A stretch of 64,000 bases of DNA, from assembly GCA_965287045.1 (NCBI GenBank), contig OZ336885.1, positions 38,316,001-38,380,000 on the forward strand. The letters run 5' to 3'. The stretch's first letter is position 1. Every line of letters begins with the position of its first letter. Below the pieces are notes generated by a model. It was not told the origin of the DNA and ran no database searches. It saw nothing but the letters and a program-made list of their open reading frames with translations. The translations under genes and the position numbers were made by a program. Below, piece by piece: positions 12,561 to 24,040 of this stretch. Source of the DNA: Carcharhinus amblyrhynchos. Lineage: Eukaryota.

Positions 12561-13645
12561 CTGATTTTTTTTTTTCCTTCCCCTCCACTTATTCCCCCAT
12601 CTACTTGTTTCTTTCCCCCCACCATGATTATTGGATAACCAGTCTTTAATTAGTGAGTTACAGCATTGCCCCTAGCATCACATTTTGAAATCTTTCATTT
12701 TCTGTTTCCGCTAGGGCCTGGGAAGCTTCAGTGCTAGGTTTTATTAAAACACTGAATTTCCATAGATTTTAAAATAACTACTGATTGAAGGTTTTAATAT
12801 GTTAATAAACCAAGCATTGTAGAGGCTAACACAATGAACAGCAATATTAAACAAATCCTTATCTGGTCTGGGCGGCCATACAAACATGTTAGTAAGTATA
12901 AGTGGGCTAATTCTATTCATGAGTCTGAGTATGCACTTGGGGAATATGGTAGTAAGTTTAGTTGGTTGACACATTCCTGAATGAGCAGGCCTCAGATTTT
13001 CTCTGGAGGGAGGAGGCTAGTGTCAAACTCAGCCAATTCCATCTGAGAAGATATCATGGACTAGAGAGGAAAACTTGTCCATTTAACTTTAATCTATATT
13101 CATAATGGGCTTACTCCTATGGAGTTCTGAAGTAGGTAGCAGTAACTCACTGGCTACTGTAAAATAAAATAGCGTGATGGTGTGTATATATATCGCCAAA
13201 GTTTTTTTGTCTGCTAGCTAAAATATTGAAGGTGTCAATATAAGAAAGACCTCTATTACTCTAACATAGAATAGGAAATAATGCAAGGGACAAGTGTATT
13301 TAGGAGAATTTTCTTGACTGGTTGCTGGCCCAGTGAGGGAGGAGACATTTCTGGATGCAGTTCTGGGGAATGAGGTGGATCAAATGTCAGTCGGGGAATA
13401 TCTAGCTATCAGTGATCGTAGTTTGGTTAATCAGGGACAACAGCCAAGGCTATATTCGGTAGTGTGAGAATAGACTTATCCCAGATAAATTGAAATCAAA
13501 AGATTGGTCATCAGAGCATCACGGTAACAATAAGCTGCTTTTAGTTTAGTTATAGTCTAGTACATTTCTGTACTGCGGATGCTGGAACCTGATACAACAT
13601 GCTGGAAAATCTCAGCAAGTTTAACTATCTGTGGAGAGAGAATAG

Positions 13646-14205
13646 AGTAAGAAGTCTCAACACCAGGTTGAAGTCCAACAAGTTTACTAGCTTTTGGAGT
13701 GTTGCTCCTTCATCAGGTGAGTGGGATTTCAGTTCACAAACAGGGCATATAAAGACACAGTCAATTTACAAAAGAATGCAAGTCTTTACAGTAATCAAGT
13801 CTTAAAGGTACAGATAATGTGAGTGGAGAGAAGGTTAAGCACAGGTTAAAGATCCCGGACCAGGATCTAGAGTTCATGTCACAATGTCTGTAACTCCCAC
13901 AACTTGCCTGGGCTTTCAGAATCTCATTAACTGTCCTGTCTGGAAACAATACACATCTCTTTAACCTTGCTTAATGCTCTCTCCACTCATTGTACCTTTT
14001 TAAGACTTCTTTACATGTAAAGATTTGCATTCCAGCCATTATTTTGTAAATTGATTGTCTTTATGTGCCCTGTTTGTGAACAGAACCCTCTCTCACCTGA
14101 TGAAGGGGCAGCGCTCTGAAAGTTAGTGACGTGTGCCACCAGATAAACCTGTTGGACTTAAACCTGATGTGAGACTACTTACTGTGTTTACCCCAGTCCA
14201 ACACC
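13646..14205. mobile_element. Penelope-like element 3' fragment with inverted pseudo-LTRs
   Basis: Left arm 13646-13855 is the reverse complement of right arm ~13955-14185. Homologous to 35499-35830 and 36715-36929. Confidence 0.85.
14094..14128 (+). ncRNA. Minimal hammerhead ribozyme motif (Penelope-associated)
   Basis: CAC-CTGATGA-aggggcagcgctct-GAAA-GTTA-GTG; stem I CAC/GTG. Confidence 0.6.
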
Positions 14206-14208
14206 AAG

Positions 14209-14675
14209 TTGAGGGGGTTGAGCTATGAGGAGAGGCTGAATAAACTAGGCTTGTACTCGTTAGAGTTTAGAAGAATGAGGGGCGATCTCATTGAGACGTA
14301 TAAGATGATGAATGGGATGGATAGGATAGAGGTGGAGAGACTCTTCCCGCTCAGAAAGGACAGTAGGACTAGGGGGCACAGCCTCAAGATAAAGGGGGGG
14401 GGGGAGTGGTTTAGAATGGAGTTGAGGAGGAACTTCTTCACTCAAAGGGTGGTGAATCTCTGGAATTCTCTGCCCATTGAGGTGGTGGAGGCTGCCTCGC
14501 TAAATATTTTTAAGATGCGGGTTGATGGGTTTTTAAGCGAGGGGATTAAGGGTTATGGGGAGAGGGCAGGAATGTGGAACTGAGCCACGACAGATCAGCC
14601 ATGATCTTATTGAATGGCGGGGCAGGCTCGAAGGGCTAGATGGCCTACTCCTGCTCCTATTTCTTATGTTCTTAT
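14209..14675 (+). mobile_element. Young CR1-clade LINE 3' end
   Basis: Open ORF RGLSYEERLNKLGLYSLEFRRMRGDLIETYK...RNFFTQRVVNLWNSLP (CR1 ORF2 C-terminus) and (ttcttatg)n tail. Confidence 0.92.
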
Positions 14676-14959
14676 CTCCATGTCAAGAGAGTAGAGTCCA
14701 ATGTTTCAAGTCTAGGTGATCCTTTCAGAGTTGGTAGTATTTTGCCTTACCTTGGTGTTTATCTCAGGCTTTGTTCATTTCGCTTTACCTCTTCATTAAC
14801 TTGAAGATGGCATCTAATAGATGTCTAGGTGATTATATAAGTGAGTACTAGGCAAAATTTATAATATATTCAGCAGAGGGTAAGTGAAAAAAAATCTGAA
14901 AAGCAAACACTTGAAGTTGATATAATTAAAGTGGTTGCATCAACATGAAATTTGAATGA

Positions 14960-15520
14960 TGGTAAATCATGAATGCTTGTCTGACACAGGAGGAAGGTAT
15001 ATAGTGGGGTTCCCCAGAGGATCAGCACTAGGGGCCACTGCTACATATGTATGTACTAGAGACAATTTTAAAATTGGCAGGTGGCATAAAATGTATGTGT
15101 TGTGAACTGAGGGGGATGGCAGTAAACTTCATGAACAAATAGACGGGCAATTGGAATGGGCAGTCACGATGAAATGTAGTGCAATGACCTGTCCGGTGGT
15201 AGGAAGGATGAGGAGAGGCAGTGACTAAAAATAGACCCAATTTGGAAGAAGTATAACAACAGATACCTGGGTATGCATGTGCAAATTGTTGAAAGTGGAA
15301 GGCTTGTTGAGAAATACGCCTTTTAAACCATTTTCACAAGGCATCAAATACAAAAGCAAGGAGGTTGTGATAACCTTTAATAAAATACTAATTTGATCTC
15401 CAAATGGGCATAGCACCAGACATGAAGCCTTTGAGAGGATGCAGGAAAGATCTATAGGAATAGATGTGGATTGATGAGAAGCTGAGCTTGTATCTCCTTG
15501 GAGAAGAAAAGCTTAGGAGT
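14960..15520 (+). mobile_element. Degraded CR1 RT fragment
   Basis: agtggggttccccagaggatcagcactagggccactg corresponds to the frameshifted SGVPQGSVLGP motif. Confidence 0.6.
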
Positions 15521-15822
15521 GTATTCTTCACCCTCTTGCCTCACTATCATCCCATTCTCTGAACCACCACAGCAAACCATTTTAATAGTGAAGTTTTCTT
15601 TTTGAGAGTTTCTGGTTCATGTGATGTTTTAATATTTCTGCCCTTCTCAAAGGGACGAAGTGTGCAAGACTGAAATGGTGTTTAGTAATTTAAAATCATA
15701 TCTCTAATTAGTTTAATGTAATTTGTGACATTTTTAACAAACAGTCTGTATTTGGATGTAAATTAATGAGTACATTCTAACTATTGAAGTGCTATGTTTA
15801 AACCTCTTTTTTGTTTTTACAG

Positions 15823-17544
15823 GTGAAAAGCCTCATAGATGTCCTCTCTGTGACTATGCTGCAGCGCAAAAGACCTCACTTAAATATCACTTGGAGCGAC
15901 ATCATAAGGGTGAGCAGAAAAAGGCTGAAGAAAAGAGTGATCCTCCAAAGGTTTCACTGGCATCTCCAAAATTGGAAGTACTACCAAAAGGAAGTGATGA
16001 ACCTGTTCAGGAGTCTGTAGACTCAAAAAAGTTGTTTACAGATTCTTCGGGCAGTGCCAAAGATTTAGGTGCAGACTTTTCTCGGAGGAAAAACAAACCG
16101 ATCCATTCTTCTCGCCCGATTTTTCCGAATGCTATCTTTACAAACGTGAGTAGAGAGTTCCCAGACTTGAACAGGGATACTAGTTCACTTAACAGTCGCC
16201 GGATTTTCTCTAACGCAATGCTGCCACACCATGAGAAAACAAAGGATGAGAAGGTGGTGAGTGAGTTGCACAGGACTGACTCTGACCCAAAGGTAGTTAC
16301 TGATCCGGGCAATTCCAAGATTTTGGAGGAATGTTCAATGGAAGCATTGCCAGAAGCTGGTGCACAACAGAATAGTGCTAAAAATACAAGATGGGAACCT
16401 GCTTTGAGAAGTGACCAATATTATGTTAGCGGTAGACTTAGAATAGAGGACTTCAGTGATCGATCTGAATCCAGCTCATTAGAAAAGCCCTTGAATCTCT
16501 GCACCATGGTGCATCAGCAAAGCCTGTGTAGTGACAGAAGTCCTTGGGGAAAAGCATCTACCTCAGTTTCCAACAGTGCCTTACTGAGCAACGCATGCCC
16601 AATTTGTACTTACAGAACTTTGTACCCAGAGGTCTTAGTGATGCACCAAAGGTTGGTACATAAATATAACACTGACCCAAGTCCAATAAATGGAATTCGA
16701 AGTGCTGTTTGCAGTGGGTCAGTTAAAAGCAGACGCACTGGATGTCCTCCTGCACTATTAGGTCAAGATGTCTCTTCACTTGCCACCAAAGAAATGACCA
16801 GAGAATTTTATCGTCGGACCAAGTCACCACCACCAGCAGCTTCACCAGATGCTCCAAACTTGTTGCTTGGGAAGGCATCATCATCATCCTCCTCCTCCTC
16901 ATTACCCCATTCTCCGTGCAATAATTTCCTTCCTTCTGTGGCAGGATCCAGACCTTCAGGTGACTTTAAAGCATTTAAGGTGTCCCAGAATCCTAACTTG
17001 CAAGTAGAAAATTATGGACCAATGCATACTGAACTTAGACAGACACCGGATGTGCAAAAGATGGAAAGAAGTGGATCATCAGAAGCCAGCAATAGTAAGA
17101 GAAATATGCCTGAAAGACCTGGTATCAAGTTGGCCTATGAACCTGATGGACCTAGGGGACCCTTCCTTAGATTTGACAGTTGGGCTCCAAATGCAAGCAA
17201 AACGTGTCATACTAATGTGTCCGAGAATCAGGGAGGCTTGGACTCTCATGAGCCTACAGCTAAAAAAATGAAAATAAGCAGTCCTTTAAGAAATGACCAG
17301 CTTGCATTTGGCATTAGGAGGGGTGCCCCAGGAAGAAATTTAAAACTGTTATCTCAGGAGATGCCCCCTGTTCAGGCACGAAACTCTGGGGTCTCGTCTA
17401 AGTCTGGCTCGGCCTTGGATTCAAATGGAGTTGACTCTCATTGGAATGTATTGAAACTTTTGAAGTCCTACGGCCCTCAAGATTTTGCCTCACTATATAA
17501 TAATTGTGGACCCAGTAATAGAGATCCTAACATTGGTCAAGAAG
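15823..17544 (+). CDS. ZNF217: ZNF217 coding exon 3 (ZF7, ZF8, CtBP-binding PLNL and RRT motifs)
   Basis: Acceptor ttgtttttacag|GT. Encodes GEKPHRCPLCDYAAAQKTSLKYHLERHHK, EKPLNLC, CPICTYRTLYPEVLVMHQRLVHKY and SRRTGCPPALLG. Phase-1 donor GAAG|gtaggt. Confidence 0.95.
16488..16502 (+). other. PXDLS-like CtBP-binding motif (PLNLC)
   Basis: EKPLNLC at the position of human EKPLNLS. Confidence 0.8.
16731..16757 (+). other. RRTGxPPxL CtBP-binding motif
   Basis: RRTGCPPAL, identical to the human ZNF217 motif. Confidence 0.9.
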
Positions 17545-17669
17545 GTAGGTGTGCTTTTAAAAACTTGTCTAAATGCATTTTTACAGTTTGATCAGTGTTT
17601 TAAATTATTACATCATATCTTGTAGCTTGAGGCTTTACATTTTTGAAATAGTGCTCTATAGAGGGAAAG

Positions 17670-18060
17670 GCTCACGGGATGGTGTCCCTCCATCTTGGGA
17701 GGCAATGGACTGCATGCAAGATGTGCATGTCACTTCTGGGTAGGACAGCATCTGTAGGGGCTGAATATGAATGGCAGTCCCTTGTGTTGCCCCAAGGTCA
17801 GCTGATAAGCTCTTTGCCATCTGGTTATTTATTTTGTCCTGTGCTTTTTCCGTGCACTTTGTGACTGCTTGTCTCAGCAGCAAGGATTTCCTATGCATCA
17901 ATTTCAATCCTGATCAACTTGAGAGGTCTTGTTTGCAGACATCCTTGTATCAAATGTGGCCAAGCTGTTGGTCTAATGCCAATAACAAGTAAACCATAGA
18001 GCATGTCTTTGGGGATGTAACCATCCTCTCTTCAGTTCACATGGTTGGGTCACATGAACC
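17670..18060 (-). mobile_element. RTE-clade LINE 3' fragment
   Basis: Reverse strand gives YKDVCKQDL and a downstream C/H-rich remnant typical of the RTE ORF C-terminus. Confidence 0.6.
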
Positions 18061-20241
18061 AAATGAGTGACAGTCACATCCCCAGAGATGTCAGAGCATA
18101 AGGGAAGTGGGGACAAAAAGCACCCATATTTTACTGGGTCCAAATGTTCATTTTAAGCCTTCCCCACCCAAAGGTCTGCAATCTTGAAATTATTTTTTAA
18201 GTTTAAATGTTTAGCAGATTTTATACTTTGTAATGTCACCAACCCTCTGCACTAGCTATTCTTTCGCTTTCGTCAGGTTTTTATTTGAAAACGCATGCAC
18301 CATCTCGTGCACAAACACAACCGCGCACATTTGAAGTGTGCCAACCCTCAAACACACAATTACTGAAAAATTACTCTATGCTTCTGGCCAACTAACTTGA
18401 CTTTAAACGAGTGCTTCAATCACCTGCTATAGACCAACCTCTTCAATTTTGGGCTTCTTTTGATAGCATCTTTAAAATATCACTGGTAAGGTTTGTTTGA
18501 ACAGACAGAACATGTACACAGTGAAGGAATGTTTACATGGGCTGAACTTCTGACAATACCATCTGCTTTGGACCAGCAACCTCATTATGGGTTTCCTCTG
18601 ATCTTGTCTACAAACTGCTGATTTTTAATTGTGTTTGAAGTCAATTATTGATGTGCAGATGCGACAGGTTAAATGAAGATTCAGATTAAATTAATGCTGG
18701 GATGTTTAGTGTGGCAGGATTGAAAGCTGTTAGCATGTAAACTGCAGGCATAATTGCTCTGCTAAATCTTTAGCTCCTTTTCCAGTGGAAATGGGTTTTG
18801 AATGAGAAGGTGTCACTGATCCCGTTTTCACTTTACACTTGATGTAGGCAGTAGGAAACACTAAATATCTTCAAGCCCAAAGTATCTTCGAGCACTATGA
18901 ATTACAGAACAGGTCTTGTTGGTCTGTGACAGCATTCTCTGGGGCAGATGAGTGTGTTGGATGGAAGATCAGGAGTGACATGGGAAATGCATTACACTCA
19001 GCAAACTTGATTAGCCCATGATGTTTCCAATCACTGCTTATTCATCACACTGATTTTTTTTTTGCCAGAGGAGACAAAGTTCTGGTGCCACTCATTTCTT
19101 GTTTTTTTTTTGCATCACTTGTCCCTATCAAGGTGATGCCTTTCCATCTTGGCTGACTTGCTGGTTGATGTCTGAAAAATAAAACCAGCTGCTTAAAGAA
19201 TCATGCCTGACAAGTGTGATGCTACTGGAGAAACACATCAAGCTTGTGGCTTTTAATTTAATGCAATTTATTCATACTTGCAGTCTTGCACTTTTTGTGG
19301 GCTGCCAGCACTGATGACAATGAAAGCTGACAAGTAGTCATGCCGAGGCTCGTAGTAGCCAGAGAGGGCCCTGGCATATCAGAAATGCTAATGACATCTT
19401 CCTATCCTGAATTTTTAACAGGATCATTTCTCCTGCTGTTTTTCTGGTCATTATGTTACTTGGGACACATGCAGGGCACAGAGATGGTGTCAGACACAAT
19501 GAAAAACTGATTATTGTTGCTCAGCAACTGTTCACACCTAGAAGTGGAAGATTTTCAGGGTAAAACTCAAACAATAGCATTGGTCGATGTGGCTTTGCTG
19601 TTTGTTCATTATCTATAAATACCAGCTTTAGAGGACATGGTTGGAAAGTTTTGTGTAATTTAAGATGTGTTTCTTGTATCTCACAGTGGAACAAGGATCA
19701 GCCAGAGTTCTGTGGTCTGGAAAAGTTGCTGAATTTAGGGGGTTTGTTGGGTAGTTTCTTAAGCAAGCTATCTCTCAAACAATTCAGTGTTATGCAGGGA
19801 AAATTTTATGGAACAAATGCTGCACCTTTTTGAGCATTTTTACTGAGGTGTTTTTCATTTCTCATTTTACCTCGAGACACAACAAATCCCCAAAATCTAC
19901 TATGGTACAGAGTGATCATTATTCCACATGTATACAAATAGTCAAATTGTCGATCATTCTTCTAGTCTACATCTCTTGTTTTTGTATGGACAGTTTGATT
20001 TATTATCATGTATTAGGATACAGTGAAAAATATTGCTGCTTGTGAGCTATACAGACAAAACATACCATTCATAAAGTGCATGGGGAGAAGGAAAGGCGAG
20101 GGTGCAGAATAGTGTTACGGCCATTGCTAGAGTGCAGCAAAAGATCAGCTTAATATGGTAGGTCTGTTCAAAAGTCTGGCAGCAAGACTCCCTCTCTATC
20201 TTTTTTCCCCTGACTACTGAAAGTGGAAACATGGTGGTACA

Positions 20242-20530
20242 GGAGCAGCAGAGTGGTTAGCACTGCTGCCTCAGTGCCAGGGATCCAGGTTCAATTCTGG
20301 CCTCAAGTCACTGTGGATTTTGCACGTTTTCCCTGTGTTTGCATGACAGCTTCTGGGTGCTCCAGTTTCCTCCCACCATCCAAAGATGGACAAGTTAGGT
20401 TGATTGGGCCATGCTAATTGACCCTAGTGTCATGGGATTAACAGGGTAAATATATGGGGTTACAGAAATAGGGCCTAAGTAGAATTGTTGGTGCAGGCTG
20501 AATGGCCTCTTTGTGCACTGTAGGGATTCT
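20242..20530 (+). mobile_element. V-SINE (HE1-like), tail type A
   Basis: gtggttagcactgctgcctca A box, ggttcaattc B box, V-domain, tail gaatggcct...tgcactgtagggattct. Confidence 0.85.
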
Positions 20531-20537
20531 GAAGTTG

Positions 20538-21010
20538 TGTGCCCAGGGTCTTGGTGTTCTTGATTATGCTGGCTGCTTTTGAGACAGTGGGAAGTCTAGA
20601 TGGAATCAGTGGATGGGAGGCTGGTTTGTGTGATGGACTAGGCTACGTTCAGAAGTTTCTTGGGGTCTTGGTCAGAACAGGAGCCATCCCAAGGTGTGAT
20701 ACCTCTGGAAAGGAGGGTTTCAATGGTGTATCTATAAACATTAGTGAGTCATAGCGAACATCATGAATTTCCTTGGCTTCCTTAGAAACTAGAGGCAGTG
20801 GTGGACTGTCTGAACTATAGTGTCTGGAGAGACCAGAACAGGTTGGTGGGCATTTAGAAACTTAAAGCTCAACCATTTCATTACCCTTGATGTAGAAAGG
20901 GGCGTGCTCGCCATTACACTTCCTGAAGTCAATGACTATCTCCATTTTACTGTCATTTGAGGGAGAGATTATTGTTGTCGTGCCAATTCACCAGATTCTT
21001 TGTCTACTGT
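20538..21010 (-). mobile_element. Rex1/Babar-like LINE fragment
   Basis: Reverse strand resembles FYRCTIESILSGCITAWYG...AQSITQTSLPS of the Rex1 ORF C-terminus. Confidence 0.6.
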
Positions 21011-21019
21011 CTCATCATG

Positions 21020-21900
21020 AAAGGATAGCAGAGTGGGAGCTCTCAGGACAACAGGATAAAGCCATGAGCACATGGCCCATGATACATGCCCTCCTCCACA
21101 GGATAACAGTTACACAATATACAGGATTAAAGTACAACCAATTGGAACCTAACTTGGCATCCCAGGACTTGCCAAGCAATGAAAGGATAGCCCAGATAAA
21201 GGGTAACATCAGGATACTGTCACTGGTACAAGAGGTGGTTTTAAGGTGCAGACTTGTATACAGGAGCCAGTAAGCCAAGGAATCTTGACCCCACTATCAC
21301 CTGTAAACACAAACCATTTTCCACCGAAGAAACCCTACCAACAAGGCAGAAAAACCAAGTTCCCCATCAATGGGGTCTCGCTGAGATACAATTCTCCTCC
21401 CAACATGATGCGTGAAACCCTCGAGTTAAATATAACAAATCAGAACCTGTATGAGCATCTCACCTACCTAGATAAAGAAAGGAAACTCTGGAGAGGAATA
21501 CCAGGATTAGCTAAGACATCGGATATGGTCTAGTGATGTACATTTTACAAGAATATCCAGAACTGTTATATCCTCATTTGAAACCTCTTCCCAGTCTCAA
21601 GAAGGAGGACAGTCTTGGAAGTCCCTATATAACGCCAATTGGAGGAGGGTGATCTCCAACCAAAGAAAGATGCTGGTGTTGAACCAAACCACTTGGACTC
21701 TCACTCAGGCCCCACAGCCATCCGGATACTATATCCCCAGGGGAATCGAGTCTCAATAGCCACTGTTAATGCCCGTGTAACCAAATAAATATAGAATTAC
21801 ATGTTAAGACATTTCGTTAAGAAGAATATACTGAAGTCAAATTCAGTCATCCAATGGCAGTGTTCCAGAAGATGAGCCTTTAAATTGCCCCCCCTGTCCT
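21020..21900 (+). mobile_element. Possible decayed LTR-retroelement (integrase tail-like) fragment
   Basis: A/C-rich, coding-like block. QLEEGDL...GPTAIRI loosely resembles a retroviral integrase C-terminus; weak. Confidence 0.25.
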
Positions 21901-22506
21901 ATAATAGGACCTCGGAGTTTGTGTAAATAGTGTAATGAAGTCCTGCAACTGATCCAGGCCTTGTCACCTAACTACCAAACGGCACATTTAGTGAGGTATT
22001 GTTGAATAGTGAGTAGAAATGAATGCCTTGTGTTCCCTTTCCATCTCCTTACCGACAACTGGAAGGACAAAGAACCCCTAATTCCACTTTCACTCGAATC
22101 ACTTTACTCAAGACCTCTCCTGCCACCCCACTGATTAAAAAGAAATAATCGATTGATCAGCCTTTAGTCAAAAAGTGAAAATAAAATCATGAGCTGTGCT
22201 TCACAGTGGGTGGGGTATCATATTTTCACTGCCTAAAAATTAATCAAATTTAACTTCTGAAGGAGCTGTATCTCTCTTTAATATGGAAGAAATTTAGCAA
22301 TACTGATATTCTGACTATCACCAGCAGAGACTTTAAGAAAAGGGCATTTCTCTGTTCAGTCTCCAATTGGCTTTGATTTTATTTTTCCTTGATCACTTTG
22401 TAGAAAGAACAAGGCCCTGCCACACCAAAATGCATATTTTTCATGCATTGTGGCATAATGGAAAATGCAAATGTTCTAATGAAGACAAGTACAGCAAAGT
22501 AGAAAA

Positions 22507-22780
22507 TGGCAGTGGTTAGCATTGCTGCTTAACAGCACCAGGGACCCAGGTTCAATTCCTGGTTTGGGTCACTATCTGTGTGGAGTCTGTTTTCCCCCTG
22601 TCTCTGTGGGTTTCCTCCAAGTGCTCTGGTTCGTTCTCATAGTCCAAAAACATGCTGATTAGGTGCATTGGCCATGCTAAATTCTCCCTTAATGTACCCG
22701 AACAGGCACCGACTAAAGGATTTTCACAGTAACTCATTGCAGTGTTAATGTAAATCTACTTGTGACACTAAAATAAACTT
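22507..22780 (+). mobile_element. V-SINE, tail type B
   Basis: A/B boxes, V-domain, tail ttcacagtaactcattgcagtgttaatgtaaatctacttgtgacactaaaataaactt. Confidence 0.85.
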
Positions 22781-23329
22781 GAGGGTGAGTTCACTGTTGG
22801 TTAAATAAGTGCATTTGGGATGCCAGAATTGGTGAGTTAACTCTACTGAAAATAGATATGGGTGGTACTCAGTTGAGGACAGAATTGGACCTTTGTGATC
22901 AGTAGTTCTTTGAGGCTGCATCAGGCTACCAGTGCAGACATGACTAATAGCTCTTTTTGAGTATTTGGCTCAAATTCCAGATCCCTTTGCTCCCCAAGCT
23001 GGGCAAACAGTCCGGGGCCTAGAGTTTGGTTTCTTCATTCTTTGTTTATACTAGGATATTATTCATAGAACCTGGCAGGATACTGTGCCCAGTTAGCTAT
23101 ATTTGGGTCAACCTATACTCATTGAAGTGTCTAATAATCCTTGTAGCCGTTAGTATGTTATAACATAGAATTAGATCTTGTGTTTACACTCTGAATTAAA
23201 TAAGATAATTTTGGCGCTCATGCACTGGGATCGATGGTAGTGTCTGGGGTTGGACAGAACGGAAAATTGAGCTTGAGTCTATTTAGTATCTTGTCACATC
23301 AAGATCCCAAGAACATGTCAATTATATTT

Positions 23330-23535
23330 TGAATTATAGTCACTGTGGTAGGGAGCTTGTGTACAGCAGATGTTAATGAGATAAATTACCTGTTGGTTGA
23401 GGAATAAATATTGGCTAAGACAAGGACCACTTTTTTTTTGCTTACTGGAAGCTTTGTATTCACCAGAGAGGTTTAGCATATCATTCATATAACATCATCC
23501 TCAGTTTTGCACTGAAACGTTAGCCTAGATTTCCT
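23330..23535 (-). mobile_element. Deu-domain SINE remnant (SacSINE1/AmnSINE1-like)
   Basis: aatgagataa...ttggttgaggaataaatattggc...tgcactgaaacgttagcctagat, similar to 49350-49660. Confidence 0.55.
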
Positions 23536-23933
23536 ACAAAGTTTGGGTGATTGCTGCCACCAAGCTGTATTTAATTATTTTCCTAGAGTACTAATTGAAA
23601 AATTAACCTTGTAATGTACCAAAAAAGCTTGCAATTGTATAACACCTTTATCACGTGTCTCTGACATGGTCCATGCATAAAATAATTTTGAACTGCAGTG
23701 ACTATTGTTATCTAGGCAAAATTTTTTTTGCTTATTTGTGAATTTCTGGCATATTTATCTCTTGGGTAGATTTGGGAGGGAGGTTGAGAGTCCAAAAAGC
23801 AGTTAGATTTTGGTCAATTGCCTTAGGTTTTTGATAGTTGGGTTAATTTGTATCATTGAAGCACATGTAATGGCCAAATGAGAACTGGAATTCATCCGGT
23901 TTTAACCTATTGTTTCATTTTACATTTACACAG

Positions 23934-24040
23934 GGAAGAGGCCTTTCCAGTATCTGCAGCACTCTAACAGTATGTCGCAGAAAAGGAGCATTAATCATTG
24001 TCATAGTGGATCTTTAGACAAAGAGTACATGACCCAGTGA
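23934..24040 (+). CDS. ZNF217: ZNF217 last coding exon
   Basis: Acceptor tttacatttacacag|GG. Translates (G)KRPFQYLQHSNSMSQKRSINHCHSGSLDKEYMTQ*, similar to the human C-terminus GKRPVSYQHLSNSMAQKR. Spliced CDS is 3723 nt = 1240 aa + stop. Confidence 0.9.

Larger units (their letters stand above)
13572..14730 (-). mobile_element. Second Penelope-like family terminal fragment split by nested insertions (pieces 13572-13648 and 14686-14730)
   Basis: actgcggatgctggaa...atgctggaaaatctcagc...tctgtggagagag resumes as agagtccaatgtttcaagtc after the insert. Duplicated agagag(aa)tagagt at both junctions. Confidence 0.6.

Noticed and set aside
15789-15822. ORF-track N-terminus MLCLNLFFVFT of the 600-aa ORF
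   Set aside because: Intronic polypyrimidine tract; the exon starts at 15823.
16878-16901. Ser8 tract
   Set aside because: Ordinary low-complexity run in a disordered region.
20242-20310. tRNA-like A/B boxes (also in the other SINE heads)
   Set aside because: SINE heads without a complete cloverleaf; not tRNA genes.
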